Shown: one piece after another, positions 39,046-51,800 of the stretch
Position numbering within the stretch: position 1 is the first letter of the stretch
Layout of the letters: each line of letters opens with the position of its first letter
NCBI RefSeq assembly: GCF_000143415.4
Contig: NW_003314276.1
Span: forward strand, 84,105-148,104
DNA length: 64,000 nt
DNA from: Selaginella moellendorffii
Lineage: Eukaryota > Plantae > Lycopodiophyta
Direction: 5' to 3'
Made by a program: the position numbers and the translations under genes
The notes under the pieces: model-generated
Told to the model about the DNA's origin: nothing
Databases searched by the model: none
What the model saw: only the letters and a program-made list of their open reading frames with translations

Positions 39046-39770
39046 ATGGACGACTAGAGAGTGTGAGAAGCTTAGTAGAATAGAGAAACAAGAAACACTG
39101 CGCTTTGGACTGTTAAGAATCATGCAGATGGCGAACAACATGAAAAGTTGGAAGAGGCACTAGAGAGTTTGTTTATGTCGGTGAGAAGTGTTTTTTCAAG
39201 GAGCCGGCTGAATATGATGTAATATCCACTCAAGTAGTCTTCACTGTTTGCATATTTAAAAAGATTCTCCTGATAGAGCTGGAAACATGCTGGCACTTTA
39301 AAGTACGTGCATTACTGAAGTCTTGGTTCTAATTGAGATAATCGAGATAGTGAAACTAAAAAACGATTTGCAGATTGATAAGACCAGGGATTATGAAAAG
39401 TTCTGTCGCTCAAATATAAGCTTCTTTGTTTCCATTTCTGCGAAGTGCAAAGAGCTGATTCAATTTTTAAAAATTCAATTTGAGTCAGCTGAAAAAGGGG
39501 ACAAGGAGACAACAAGAAGCAATGATGAGAAACTATACAATTTGAAAGGATGGCACGTTCCACTATTTATCAACCTTTTTTTCCATCTTCCCTCAAGCGT
39601 AGGATTGTGGAAAATCTCTAATCCTGTGCAATACTCGTTGACATTTTCGTGCTGAAAACGATGTCTTGCTGTAGGGGAACAGCTTGAAAAGCCTGACATA
39701 AACTTTAAACAGATGGTATCCTTAACACAACTCTATATTAAGGACAACCAGCTTAAATCCGTAAGCTAAG
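39046..39770 (+). pseudogene. Possible small multi-exon gene or pseudogene of unknown product, divergent from cytochrome c
   Basis: Exon-like charged stretches (EQHEKLEEALESLFMS; IVKLKNDLQIDKTRDYEKFCRS; KELIQFLKIQFES; GEQLEKPDINFKQMVSLTQLYIKDN) with plausible splice sites. No clean model could be built. Confidence 0.3.
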
Positions 39771-40619
39771 AAGGTAAGTCTTTATGATTGAAATCACCCA
39801 TTTATTTTCTATCCTAGTCCTTTAGTATGAAAAACAATCTTCATCACCTTCCTACAGCACTCTAGAATTTGAAATATTGAGGGTTGCTTTTCCTTTTCAA
39901 GCTGAATCTTGTGTCACCTGCCAGATCTCGCGTATTCAATCCACTTTAATTTTGTAGATGGTATGCAGACGTTTGGTGTGTGCAAAGAGCAACATCTAGA
40001 CACGCCAATTCTCACATGTTTGTAAATTTTTAGAAACTGCCGGATCAAATATCTTCAGAGCTCTCAGAAGTTTTAAGTGTATAAATGTTGCTGGAACCAA
40101 AGACGCAGCATTGGAAGGGGGCTACCTCACTCTCATAGTCATGAATTAACACCCTCGTTAGCTTTTCAGATGTATTAACAAAATTGCTGAGGAACTTTCA
40201 GTAAATTTTGAGGCTATCAGCGATTGAAACACTTTAGTGGCTACTTTGCTCTGCAATTAATGTGTCCTCTCATTAGAGCCCGATAGACGGGCTAAGGTTA
40301 GCAAAGAAATGGCAAAGTGGTTTCTGTCTAGGCCTTATTGTTATGTCAATGCTTTTGCCGCAGTGTTTTGTCCAAAACATAATGTTGATATAGATAAAGA
40401 CAGGCGGACAATCATTATGAGCCTTGGAACTGCCTCTCACTGCTACCAACACTCTGGTGCCTCGCTGCTCCTTGGAGTTGGAGTTGGCAACCAGCCGAAC
40501 AATCTCACCACTGACAACAGCGCACGTAGTTGGGGATGTGTTTGATCTCTTTTATTGCCTTAAGATTTTCTTGTTTTGGATAATGAAGAGTGTGGGGAAG
40601 AGGCTAGCTTCCTGTATGT

Positions 40620-41280
40620 GCCTAAGTGTCCTATGAAGAAGTGGCATATTTGTGCACACAAAAGAGGTTATTTAAACTTTGTTTATCTAAAACTTAAGCA
40701 GCAAGTTGTTGGAAGGAAACAGTATGTTCAAGGCGTGAAGATGAGTGACATTATAATATGCCCTCAATACGTTGCTTGAGAAGCAAGCAGAGCACAAGAG
40801 AGCAATTTTTCCCAATTGATCTTTCTCATTTCTTCCTTTCACTTCCTATTTTTTTCTTTCTTAAAGCTATTAACATGTTTCCATTTTGTAAGTGTCAATG
40901 TCTTGACCTTCAAAGTATTTATTTCAATGAGGGTGAGGAAGAGATCTCATTACAAAGAGGCCATAAAACCAAACTAACGGAATGGTTTGAACTAAACAAG
41001 ACTGGGATGTTCCTGGAGAGAGAGTCGTTGACATTTCAGATGCCTACAAAGTAAGGTATCTATTCAGTGCCACGTGTTTGTTTTGCAAGCTCATTGATCC
41101 CAAAAAAACTATGGGATAAATTCAAGGAAGGCATATGTGAAGACCTAACACGAATTCACAACAACTATGAGACAGCAGTGCAACATGGATTGCATGAAAT
41201 GTCAATATTACTCCAGGAATATGGCAAGAAACTTTCCGACTACAAATTACCAGACCCAGATTTTATAAGAGACAATTAAA
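40620..41280 (+). mobile_element. Helitron Rep/helicase remnant
   Basis: QSIYFNEGEEE...KTKLTEWFELNK and PKKLWDKFKEGICEDL...LHEMSILLQEYGKKLSDYKLPDP resemble the linker region between Helitron Rep and PIF1. Confidence 0.7.
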
Positions 41281-41539
41281 CAACAACCGAAACAAGCTGT
41301 GTATATTCTTTAAGAGGCTAGCCATAAAGAAAAAACAAAATTCGCCCTCCATGTGTCACCTATATCATCGTATTCCTCACAAACCCTAGCAATTCCAGCT
41401 GCAAGATGGTACCAAATTCAACTGAGAAATATGTATTTGGATGTCAATTCTAATCTAAAATACGAACTAAAACATTCTAATACTTCCTCTGGCGAGATTA
41501 ACACCATCTCGGAAATTCAGCGAAGTTATACATCAGGTT

Positions 41540-41790
41540 AGATTTGGATTCTATGTTCCGTTTGTGAGGACAAACTGCTCGCCAAGAATATCTTGAGGCA
41601 TTTGCCAAAGAGCTCCTGGGCTTCTTCAAGCCGGGATCTCTTTGAGTATTCCATATCAATCTTTTCGTCCCTCCAATAACCGATCAATAACCGACCTACG
41701 CATACATTATTGTCTAGTTTACAGCATTGTGCTGAGACGGGCATGCTCTGAATGAGCTCTCTAGCTTGTAGGTAGTCCTTCAATGCTTTC
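41540..41790 (-). pseudogene. PLS-class PPR gene fragments
   Basis: QARELIQSMP and IDM(E)YSKRSRLEEAQELFGK resemble PPR motifs. Confidence 0.4.
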
Positions 41791-42601
41791 TCTCGATAAA
41801 GAGATTATCTCAAGACGAGGAGGACATGACTCATGCCCTCGAGTTGAGAGTGGCCATCATCGGCCTGGTGACGCTGTGGATTGTGATCGCTCTCGTTGCT
41901 GGTTTGTAAGAACCTCACCTGGATAAACTTCCGACTCGATCAATCACAGGCGAGATTCCATAATAAGTGACTCTCGTTTGCTGTTTGTGCTGGTCCTTCG
42001 GCACCTCACAAGCGGTAGCAGGAGAAGCTAAAGGAAGCAGGCCGAAGAAAAGAAAGTCACTCTTTCATTCTTGCAATGGAGAGACTAGACTCGACACTGA
42101 GTTGTGAGCAAAGCCTTGGGAGCAAAAGATTATGTTGAGGAGATGATCCAGAAGAAGCTTCTCAGCTTTCCACTATTGAATTTGACAGGTACTTATCTGC
42201 TCTCTGCTCTTTGATTGATTTTTCTGGTTGATGAATGCTTGCTAGCACTCACAAAGCGGCAGAAAGTGGATGATGATTCATACCAAGCTACTATCAAGAT
42301 GAAAACGGAGGAGATGCTGGCAGTTCTGGAGTCTCTAAGGCTTGGTACGGATTGGAAGGTTGAGGATGAAAGCCAGGAGGATTGGTTTTCATGTCTGGCA
42401 GTCTGGCTGCCACATCATCAAAATTCCATGTATATTCTATAAAAAAGAATATACTTTTGATATACCTTGTAAAATATATATATACTAGCAAGGAATCCAG
42501 CTCCGCTGGAATAGATAGAACATCTGTTATATAGGTGACATGAATCCTAAAGAAATAGTTGTTTGTTTTCATCACCCAGTAGAGATGATGTATATTTATA
42601 A

Positions 42602-42604
<3 letters not shown>

Positions 42605-42681
<77 letters not shown>

Positions 42682-42692
42682 TATATATATAT
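42605..42692. repeat. (TA)n microsatellite
   Basis: About 43 TA units, directly visible. Confidence 0.98.
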
Positions 42693-43687
42693 TATTCTGG
42701 GATTAGACACCATGATCAATGCCTTTGTTCATTGTATCTCTCTCATTCATCATGACCCCATACCCAAGAATCAGTAGCATGGGTTTAACACCTAATTTGT
42801 TTTTTTAATTTCCGGTCACAAGTACATTGACAGCAAGAGAATGGGTAGTTATACCAGTGATCCAACAGAGATCATATTTTTGACACGCTCCAGTGGTTTT
42901 ATTTTGAACATTTAATTTCCCAAAAATATGTGTTTGAGGATGCCTGAAATTAACAGTGATTTATGCCTGAAAGTAGCAGCAATTTTCTAAGAAAATTTGA
43001 GGATTCTAATCAATAAGTATAAGCTGTATGGTAAAATCTAAGTGAATTTGCAAGAAAAAGAAATGTAGTATCAAATGAAATGCTCCAAGGTTCCTCTAAG
43101 CCGACAGGCTAAATGTATAATTTTCGAGCTGGTTGATAAATTCTATAATCTTTTTGTGTGTGTTATTTGAATACTTACTTATTGTGACTCTTTTGCCATG
43201 AAGGGCACATAAATTGATGGCTTCAAAGAGTTGGACAAGGTAGTCCTCAGCAGCCTGTTGCTCTTTGATGGAACACTATGCATGCATGACAGTTGGAACC
43301 TGATGATTTTGATCCTTTTATGTCAAACTGGTCTTTTCTTTTTAAATACTAATAACACTTTTTCATAGACTAATATTACTTTTGTTCTATAAAGTCTAAT
43401 CTACAACAATTCTTTCTTCATACATATGTCAAGCATATCTTCGGCATCATCGAATGGATTGTATTCGAATATTTCTTTAGCAAAGTCCGGACTAAATTGC
43501 AGCACAATGCCTTCAAGACGGATTGGCTTCCAGTTTTCCACCCCTCGCTTTGGATGGTACTCATTTTCAAGGTAAATTAGAAAAGAGAAACATAATTTCA
43601 GCTGGGATTTATATTATATTTAACATGGATGTTGTGGAAAATGCTAATCTTGAAGATTAAAAATGATTTTTAAAATTATTCTGATTT

Positions 43688-44290
43688 GTTGAGGAAGATT
43701 TGCGAAGCACAAAGGCAAAACATAAAGACTTTCAGAAGCAAGTTGTAAGAATCTCAAGAGAACTGAGTTTTACAACCAAACACGTTTTATCGGCCCTTTA
43801 CTAAACCGGCCATAGTCTATTGTTTAGCAAGATTGGCCAAAGTTAATGTTATAAGCCTCATTATAATAAGAATCAAGCAGTGTCTACCTACTACCTTCTA
43901 AATCTCCTTCAAAATCTTCAAAATCTGTGCATACTTGCACACATCTTGGATAGGAGAAATCCCAACAGATTGCAATGCAGTCCCGGCATGCTGCAAATTT
44001 GGAGAGCCAAGTGCTGAATTTCCTACAAAATAAAGAGTAGGATCTTGAAAGGCTTCTTGAATGTTCTTTCCTTGCTGCTCTATGGTTATCTAGCATGTTA
44101 GATGAAAGTCTGTAAGAATTCACCAGCAATCGTCCAGTCTTGAGCATGTTGCTACCAACTCTAAAGTCATGTACAGTTGACCAGCTTCTAGCTTTGTATG
44201 AGCACTGGGTCGTGGTGCAGGGATTTATCTGGGGAATCAACTCCTTCGATAATGGGGTGTGAACTCGGCAATGTAAACTTGGCTTTCCAT
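43688..44290 (+). repeat. Left arm of a ~600-bp inverted repeat
   Basis: Reverse complement of 46805-47397 (minus ORF 43884-44444 matches plus ORF 46948-47187). Confidence 0.92.
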
Positions 44291-44430
44291 TAGCAGTGAA
44301 GGTTATATAAAATTTAAAGAAAAAGTACTTATAATGGCAGCCTCCAAAGACACACATAGTTGGCTGAGTTCTTAGAATCTGGTGATGCTTGCAGGCTTCT
44401 CTAAACTCAAGATAAGGGAGATCACGATTC
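44285..44430 (-). mobile_element. Small Helitron-like Rep fragments
   Basis: EFREACKHHQIL and FYITFTANGK resemble the Helitron motifs FREAC and FITFTxN. Confidence 0.4.
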
Positions 44431-45264
44431 ATGAGAGAAAACACTAAAAGTGTACCTGATAGTTACTTGCTGTAATCAGCGTGAATCTCATACCTTCTTG
44501 GAAACTCTGTAAATCATAGTTTCCAGCAAGCTCCTGATGCATTGTATTGCTGTGCAAACAGGACTTAGTTAAAAAATAAATGAAGACCTTATTTTTAACA
44601 ACCTTATTGTCTTGTGCCAGAAGTGAGACAAATTAAATGCTAGACTGCAACTCTTCTTGATGATGCTGCTGTTCTCAACATTTGGTCCATGGTCATAAAA
44701 GCTATGCATGTCCTCCAAAGACCTGTGATGAGAAACATTTGGGACTTACAAACAGCCTCTACAATGTACTTGGCAAGCCTGCCTTTGAGTATCTTCTTGT
44801 CTTTGAGTTTCATCCTGTTGAGGCAGTGACTTCAAAGAAGGATTCGCTCCTTGTGATAAGTCAATAAGTGACAGGGACAAATTAGAATAGTGGAGGCATG
44901 AGAATGCATAAGGTATCATATTGTATGAGGTACAATTCAGTAAAGTACTTTTTTCTTTTATAACTACAGAAGTTTTGAAACTCTTACAGAATAGAAGTCT
45001 CGTGGTCTTGGATGTGGCAAGTAAGAAACTTTGCTGTTGGGATCCAAGGCAGTCCACCTCAAACCCCAGATAAAGGAATAATGGCACAAATAATAGATCT
45101 TTACCTGTAATAACGAAGTAATGGACGACAATGAAGATTTGAAGCTTGGCAAGTTTGTAAGTTCGATTTCCCATCCCAAAGGGTGTGAACGTGAATGGAG
45201 ATACTCCATATTTCTAGTTAAAAATCCCAGCCAGAGTTACAGAGCATGGGTGAGAATCTCGTAC

Positions 45265-45333
45265 CTCCCAGCTGGATTGAACTTTTCCGGATCAGGGTGG
45301 ATCCATATGTACTTGTCTTAGCCACGCTTCCAA
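45265..45333 (-). pseudogene. Cytochrome P450 fragment (CYP88/CYP85-clan-like PxRW region)
   Basis: With frameshifts reads LEAWLRQVHMDP..HPDPEKFNP.WE, followed by a GT donor. Confidence 0.55.
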
Positions 45334-45472
45334 ATCACTTGAACATCACTTGAGAGAAGGAGACTCACTATTAAACTCGAGGTCTAACAAGGCTCTTCTA
45401 AAGACCATTGGGGATATTTTTTGCAAGTTGCAGTGTTTCATTGAGAGTAACTGAGAATCAAACGAAACAAAT

Positions 45473-46194
45473 CTCGCCATGTAAGATTGTACTGCCTGAG
45501 CAAAACCAGGCTTGTACGAGAAGAGCAGCCCACAGAAAAGCTTCCCATCGATGGACGCTTCTAATATGTATCTGTAGTTGAATATGTCGCTTACTCTAGC
45601 CTCGAACATCTTCTCGCCTAGCAGCTGAAGATGAGCTTGAAACTCTGTAGCATGAGTTTGACAGGGAAAAATTGGAGAGGTCCAAGTTTTTCTGCAGATA
45701 CCTTTGTGAGATGAAACCAAGCTCTTGTCCGCATCCCGTTGCTTGTCTAGCACGAATGGCGTGGCACGATACTCTTGCCACCTTCTCTTAAGTTCCTTAC
45801 GCATGGATAGCTTTGGTTCTGATGGATCTTTCCCCCTCAGCATCTCTTCACAGAAAAACGGCAACCATATTGTCAAGAATGGCAGCAATGTCATTTAAAG
45901 AAGAAGCCAACCTGTGTCAAGGAAATACATGTCATCCAGAGCTTCAAGCTCTTCGTTATATCCCCCATAGAAGAATCATATGCCTCACTCTGCGTCCACG
46001 GAATCTCCTGCAAGGGAGAAACGTGGAGAAGGCCCGGGACCAGAGGGATTCGAAGTTGCCCAAACACCAGTTGCTACAAAATACGTAAAAGCCCCATGAG
46101 AGACTCACGTACTTTCCATGGCTGATTGTTGTGTGCCTGGCTCTTAGCATCAGCTCCGCACCAGTCGTCTTTACCTCCCGCCATGCCATTGTTT
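45473..46194 (-). pseudogene. Kelch-repeat protein C-terminal fragments (At1g18610-like family)
   Basis: TMAWREVKTTG...RARHTT; TGVW...GPGPSPRFSLAGDSVDAE*GI*FFYGGYNEELEALDDMYFLDT; KLSMRKELK; FEARVS...YILEASIDGKLFCGLLFSYKP. In-frame stops present, introns retained. Confidence 0.75.
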
Positions 46195-46804
46195 CTGGAA
46201 ACGCAAATGAATTCGCAAGTTTAAAACCAGCACAATGTATGTACCTGTGTCCAGAATATAAAATCATTTTACACACGTTTGTAAAGCATTTCAAATTTAT
46301 AATAGGCATCTGGGCTGTAAATCTCGCCTGAAACTTCTGTCCAAGGGATTCTCAAAGGTTGATGTAAACGCAACCTGCGTGTTTCCTGGCTCTCACCATT
46401 TTCCAAAGAGGAAGTCATTTCGTTCTGAAACCATGTACTATAAAGATAACCCTAACCAACTTTTATCTTGCAATACTTTACTTTGTCACAAATATCTTAA
46501 ATCATTTTCCTTTGTTACATTGGGCAATAAGATATTATTCAGCAAGTTGGGTTGTGCTGCAGCACAGATTGCTTGTGTTCTTTAGCCGTGATGTACCTGC
46601 AAAGCTCAAGAGCTCACTCATTATCAAAAAGTTATGAAGTCATGCTCTGTCCAAGTTCTCTCACCTTTAAATAACGGTTGAGCAGCATTGTGAACTATGA
46701 TTAGATCATTCTATGGGCTTTCGTTTGTTTGTGAAGCATTCATCTGTATGCAAACTCGGGATGCAAGCACCTGAAAAGATTGGATTTTCAATTAGTTTCA
46801 GATG

Positions 46805-47397
46805 ATGAAAAGCCAAGTTTACATTGCCGAGTTCACACCCCATTATCGAAGGAGTTGATTCCCCAGATAAATCCCTGCACCATGACCTAGTGCTCATACA
46901 AAGCTAGAAGCTGGTCAACTGTACATGGCTTTAGAGTTGGTAGCAACATGCTCAAGACTGGACGATTGCTGGTGAATTCTTACAGACTTTCACCTAACAT
47001 GCTAGATAACCGTAGAGCAGCAAGGAAAGAACATTCAAGAAGCCTTTCAAGATCCTACTCTTTATTTTGTAGGAAATTCAGCACTTGGCTCTCCAAATTT
47101 GCAGCATGCCAGGACTGCATTGCAATGTGTTGGGATTTCTCCTATCCAAGATGTGTGCAAGTATGCACATATTTTGAGGAGATTTAGAAGGTAGTAGGTA
47201 GACACTGCTTGATTCTTATTATAATGAGGCTTATAACATTAACTTTGGCCAATCTTGCTAAACAATAGACTATGGCCGGTTTAGTAAAAGGCTGATAAAA
47301 CGTGTATGGTTGTAAAACTCAGTTCTCATGAGATTCTTACAACTTGCTTCTGAAAGTCTTTATGTTTTGCCTTTGTGCTTCGCAAATCTTCCTCAAC
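46805..47397 (-). repeat. Right arm of the inverted repeat
   Basis: See 43688-44290; few substitutions and one ~10-bp indel. Confidence 0.92.
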
Positions 47398-47429
47398 TTG
47401 CTTGAGCTGTATTAATAGGAACGACACAT

Positions 47430-48100
47430 ACCTGGTTTCATAGGGTGAGAACAACATAAGGGTCACCAATCATGAAGTCCCTCACTGTAAGGTTACCTCT
47501 AGAATTGAAGTATTGAACAGAAGAATCTTCTTGCCTTGAAAGAATGTCGACTCTTGACAAGAGGAAGCCAAATGCATGGCTTTACGAATTTTTGTCTTTC
47601 ATACTTGCTTCTGAGAAAACATTGATGGTTGAAAAATAAATATAGAAAACAGTTTTGCATCTCCTGAACCTTACAAATTCTAATTGCTCTTGATTGGATG
47701 ATTCTGGCATGGGTCTTTTGCCAAGATTTAGGAACAAAGGCCTCGTATGCAGCATTTGCAGCTGCATTGCCACCAATAAACAGCATAAGCTCAACCCCTT
47801 TGTCTGTCCAGTCGTTGGAATTTATGGACATAAACTGTTGAAAAGGGACATAAAATTGGGAAGAGAGATTATTTACATTTACCTTTGATACAGAAGCTCC
47901 CATGCTTCAATGAACAGCATAGCATTTGTCACAGATTATAACTCCATGTTTGTAGAGCTGGAGAAACAACAGAAGATGCAGCAAGATGGAAATGAAAATG
48001 ACTTACGCCCATTGGGGACCCTGCAACCTGCAACCCTGCACATAACTGGTTGTCTGGTTGCAAGATAAATGTCTGAAATTTAGTCGTGCTTCTCTCCATT
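47430..48100 (-). pseudogene. ArfGAP-C2 domain (AGD11-13/ZAC-like) pseudogene
   Basis: QPDNQLCAGC(frameshift)...PQWA; GVIICDKCYAVH*SMGASVSKV; DWTD...GGNAAANAAYEAFVP; SKYERQKF; C2 start VRDFMIGDPYVVLTL*NQ. Confidence 0.85.
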
Positions 48101-48556
48101 TGCTAGGGTATCAAAGATCCACTCCTGAAAAACAAAGATCGGTGGACAGACCTTCTAGCAAAAAAAAGAAGAATAAAAGAAAAAGCATTGCATTGAAAAC
48201 CTTACCTTTAAACAAAGGAAATTCCGAGTCGATGAGCTTAACCTTTACTCCAATCCTGCCAATACGCTCTGAGACACATAGATACACTGCAAAAAAAGAG
48301 CATTCTCAACTCAGAGGGAAAAGAAAGAACTGTCTTTCAGAGATCCAGTAAACTGCTTTCACAGACTTACAAGTGTATTATACAGGTGCTCCGACTGAAT
48401 GGTAGAATGCTTTTCAAGTCGATCTGGGTGGAAATCTTGAGCGCCTGGCAGCCTTTGGACAGCACACTATTGTGATCAGATGGTCTGTTCACGATTCCAC
48501 AAGTGCTGTGGAAAGTCAGAGGTCTCTTTGACGGCATATGAGCACAAGGTATATAA

Positions 48557-48649
48557 CGTAAGGACCAATGCAATCATGCAGCGAACCTCATGGTGTGCAG
48601 CCGCGCGTAAGGACCAATGCAATCATGCAGCGAACCTGATGGTGTGCAG
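48557..48649. repeat. Tandem duplication with a 49-bp period
   Basis: CGTAAGGACCAATGCAATCATGCAGCGAACCT(C/G)ATGGTGTGCAG occurs twice. Confidence 0.9.
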
Positions 48650-48829
48650 TAAGCTCTCCTGGAAAAATGCATTGAAAAAAACTGGTTTACCCTAAAAAAA
48701 AAAAAGTTTCAACCTCAACTGTTTTTTTGCCATGTGTCTTCATCTCCACCATTAAACTCGAAAAGAATCTCGATTGAATATGTCACCCTTGCTCTTTTAA
48801 ATATAGAAGGATGATTTAGATTCCTTCCA

Positions 48830-51800
48830 ATTATTTTATGCCCCATTATTGGCCACTAGTCTTTTGCTCTTCTCCTTTGTTGTACCACATAATATAGGAT
48901 CACTACCTCCATCTTTGAGGTATCCTTTTGGTTCTATAGCAAAAGTTTTGCCTTGCCAAGTTCAAAAGGTGTTCACCCCTAATAAATCTCTTCAATATTT
49001 TCTGTTATGCACTTTATTCATGGCCCAACCTTGCTACCCACCCATGGGTCTTTCTTTAGAGATTATTTTCTTGAACTCACAATACTATTGCATTGTCACT
49101 GTTTATTTCTCTTAGGTGTCCTTCCCACTTGGTCACCTTCATCAAGCCACACCATTATTGTTAATTTAAATCAACACTTTGAACTAGGATACTAAGATTT
49201 TTATTTCTTAACCTCATTTAGATTTTATCCTTATTTAGCTGTAAGATCATCTAGTGATTTAACCTTGACACTTTATCAGGTTTGCCAATAGATATTAGGT
49301 TTTCCAAACCTTTAAGTTGTTGAATATGACCCTAGGGGTATCCCCCACACTTGGTGGTTTGCCCAAGCTAGCCCTTTTGGCCAAGGTCTATAGCAATTGA
49401 GACTAAATGTCCCCATTTTATTCACTATATCTTTGGTGCCACTTGCACCAAAATGTTCAAATTAGATATGCCAAGGTTTCACATTAAGTGATTTAACTGT
49501 GCATCACGACTCTAGGGCATCCTCCGCTTGGCAGTGTCCCCAAGCTAGTCTCCTTATTAAGAGTCCATGATCACCGAAAAATAAGTATCCTCATATTCCA
49601 AACCATCACTACACCTTAGTAAGTTGGGACTCGAACCCAAACACTAGAGGGTTAGGACTTTAACCCAACCTCCATATATGCATTTATAGATAGCATCACC
49701 CAAGATGCCTGGCATGACTCTCTACGCCAGTGCACCAACTTATACTTAAAGTGTGCACGGATCACAGTTTAGGAATTTAGTTCTTTTGAGCTTCCAAATC
49801 TTCTCACTTAACAAATTTATGATCATGTATGGTCTCCTCCATACTTGACCTTATGGGTTACCCCTTTTGAAGTTAACATCTTCAATTAAAGCCTTTGTCC
49901 CCTAGACTTGCCAATTTGCTTAGCAAGTCTTCTGACTAGTGTAACATAGTTTCATCTATAAGCATGAAAGTCCTTAACCATTTGGTTGAAACAAAAAAAG
50001 AAAAACCAAAGAGTTCTAAAAAAGAAAAGTGAGAACTTTCATTCAAAGTTATCTCTTTAAACACTTGGGAATTAGTTCCCTAACCTTGATAGCATTGCTT
50101 TATGGCAAGGTTCAAGACTACATTTCTGCTGTACCACTTTAATTTTGCACAATCTTATAAATTATTTATATTTGTCTTTCTAGGTATCAACTTATCCAGA
50201 ATTGTCTTTAGGAATATTGAAGGGACTTTATCCCTGAGCTTACTAAGGCCTCTCCTTTCACAAGATTTCTAATTGTTATATGGTTTAACATGGACAATTC
50301 CATACTTTAAACTCTTCATGACATCATAATTGTTAGTAGTAACACCTTTGAGCACCCACTTGATTCTCCACTCCCAACTTCCATAACCACTCTCAGTTAT
50401 ACCCTTCAATTACTATAATTCAGTTTTATTCCTTTACTACTTATTTTTAGCCTTATACATTTCCTTTAGTTATTCTCTTCTATACTAGGAGGATAACTTT
50501 GCACTTTCTACCATGCTTTAGTAAGTAATTTTAAGGACGAACCTACCTGATAGCCTAAGAAGTGGTTCTTTAATTCAGATATGCTCACTTTGTAATCTCA
50601 TACATCAAGATTAATGTTACTATTTATAGGCCTTTATATGCCTATCACTAGCTTTGAAAAAATCCCTTTTGACTTTATTTAATTTGGATAGATGGACTTC
50701 TCCCATTTTTGCAACCTTGAATGTTAAATAACACCTATTTAATGCCCTCATGATATCAAACACCACTTTTTAGGCCTTATCTAATGCTCTCATGATATCA
50801 AACACCACTTTTTGGTGTTTTAAAATGTTTAAGTGTCGCAATAATGGCCTTTTTTGACAATGAGCATTTCTCTTTATAACATTAACTTACTATATCGCAA
50901 CATAAACAATTTATCTGCTTGGGGGATATATTTAAGTCCCTTATCCTAATAAAAAGTTCAATTCAATCAATTATATTACACCTTTTGCTTAATTTCTTCA
51001 TAGTTGTCAAGTTTTACAACTCATTGATAGTGCTTTCACACCTCCATCATTATTTGGGTCACCATATTCTAATTGCATGTATTTCAGCCCATTCTCATTT
51101 CTATTAGGATTCATTTTGGCAAGGGGTTTTTATGAACTCACTAACTTGACCTTAATGTATCATACCTTGGCATATTTAGTGTTTCCACACCATCAACTTT
51201 ACAAACCTACTTTTACAACACTTCCCACTTGTGTCTAGATCCTTGCCAAGATAATAATAGTCATTTATTGTGCCAAATATCAATTAGCACTTGAACACAG
51301 TATTCATACATAACTCTTCGCCAAAGTTGCTTTCTTCCGTGAACACCTTTCTAACGACTTTGGTATGGCACATTCTGCCATTAATGAGATACCTATTATT
51401 ATCATATTTGGATCTCATAATCCTCTCTGTCCTTTGCAAAGTATAACACATCTCAGTCCAAATGCTTCTATCAATTCTTTAGGACTATTCTTTGACTTCA
51501 CTTGAGTTATCTAACTTTTGGACTTTATTAATCCGATGACTTGTAAGGTCTTAGCCTTATGGCTACTTTTGAGGTGCTAGCTTGTTAGAATACAACTTTT
51601 TGTATTTATGTTTTACTCACAAGGACTATCTTTGCAAGTGTTATTCTAACACTTAATTATTATTTGCTTTATATAAGCTATTTTTACCCCTTAGAACTAT
51701 TTGTCTATATGATGAGAATACTGACTCATCCTCTAAGTACACCCTTAATTCTTTGGGTTGTTCCAGCATTTATTAAAGGTAGCCCCGGCTACTATTTTAA

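Noticed and set aside
42076-43560. Exon-like segments (42076-42345 on +, 43400-43560 on -)
   Set aside because: They contain stops and no family could be assigned; left as unidentified fragments.
43688-47397. Pack-MULE with long TIRs
   Set aside because: No 8-11 bp TSD at the outer ends, and the arms look like exon/intron sequence.
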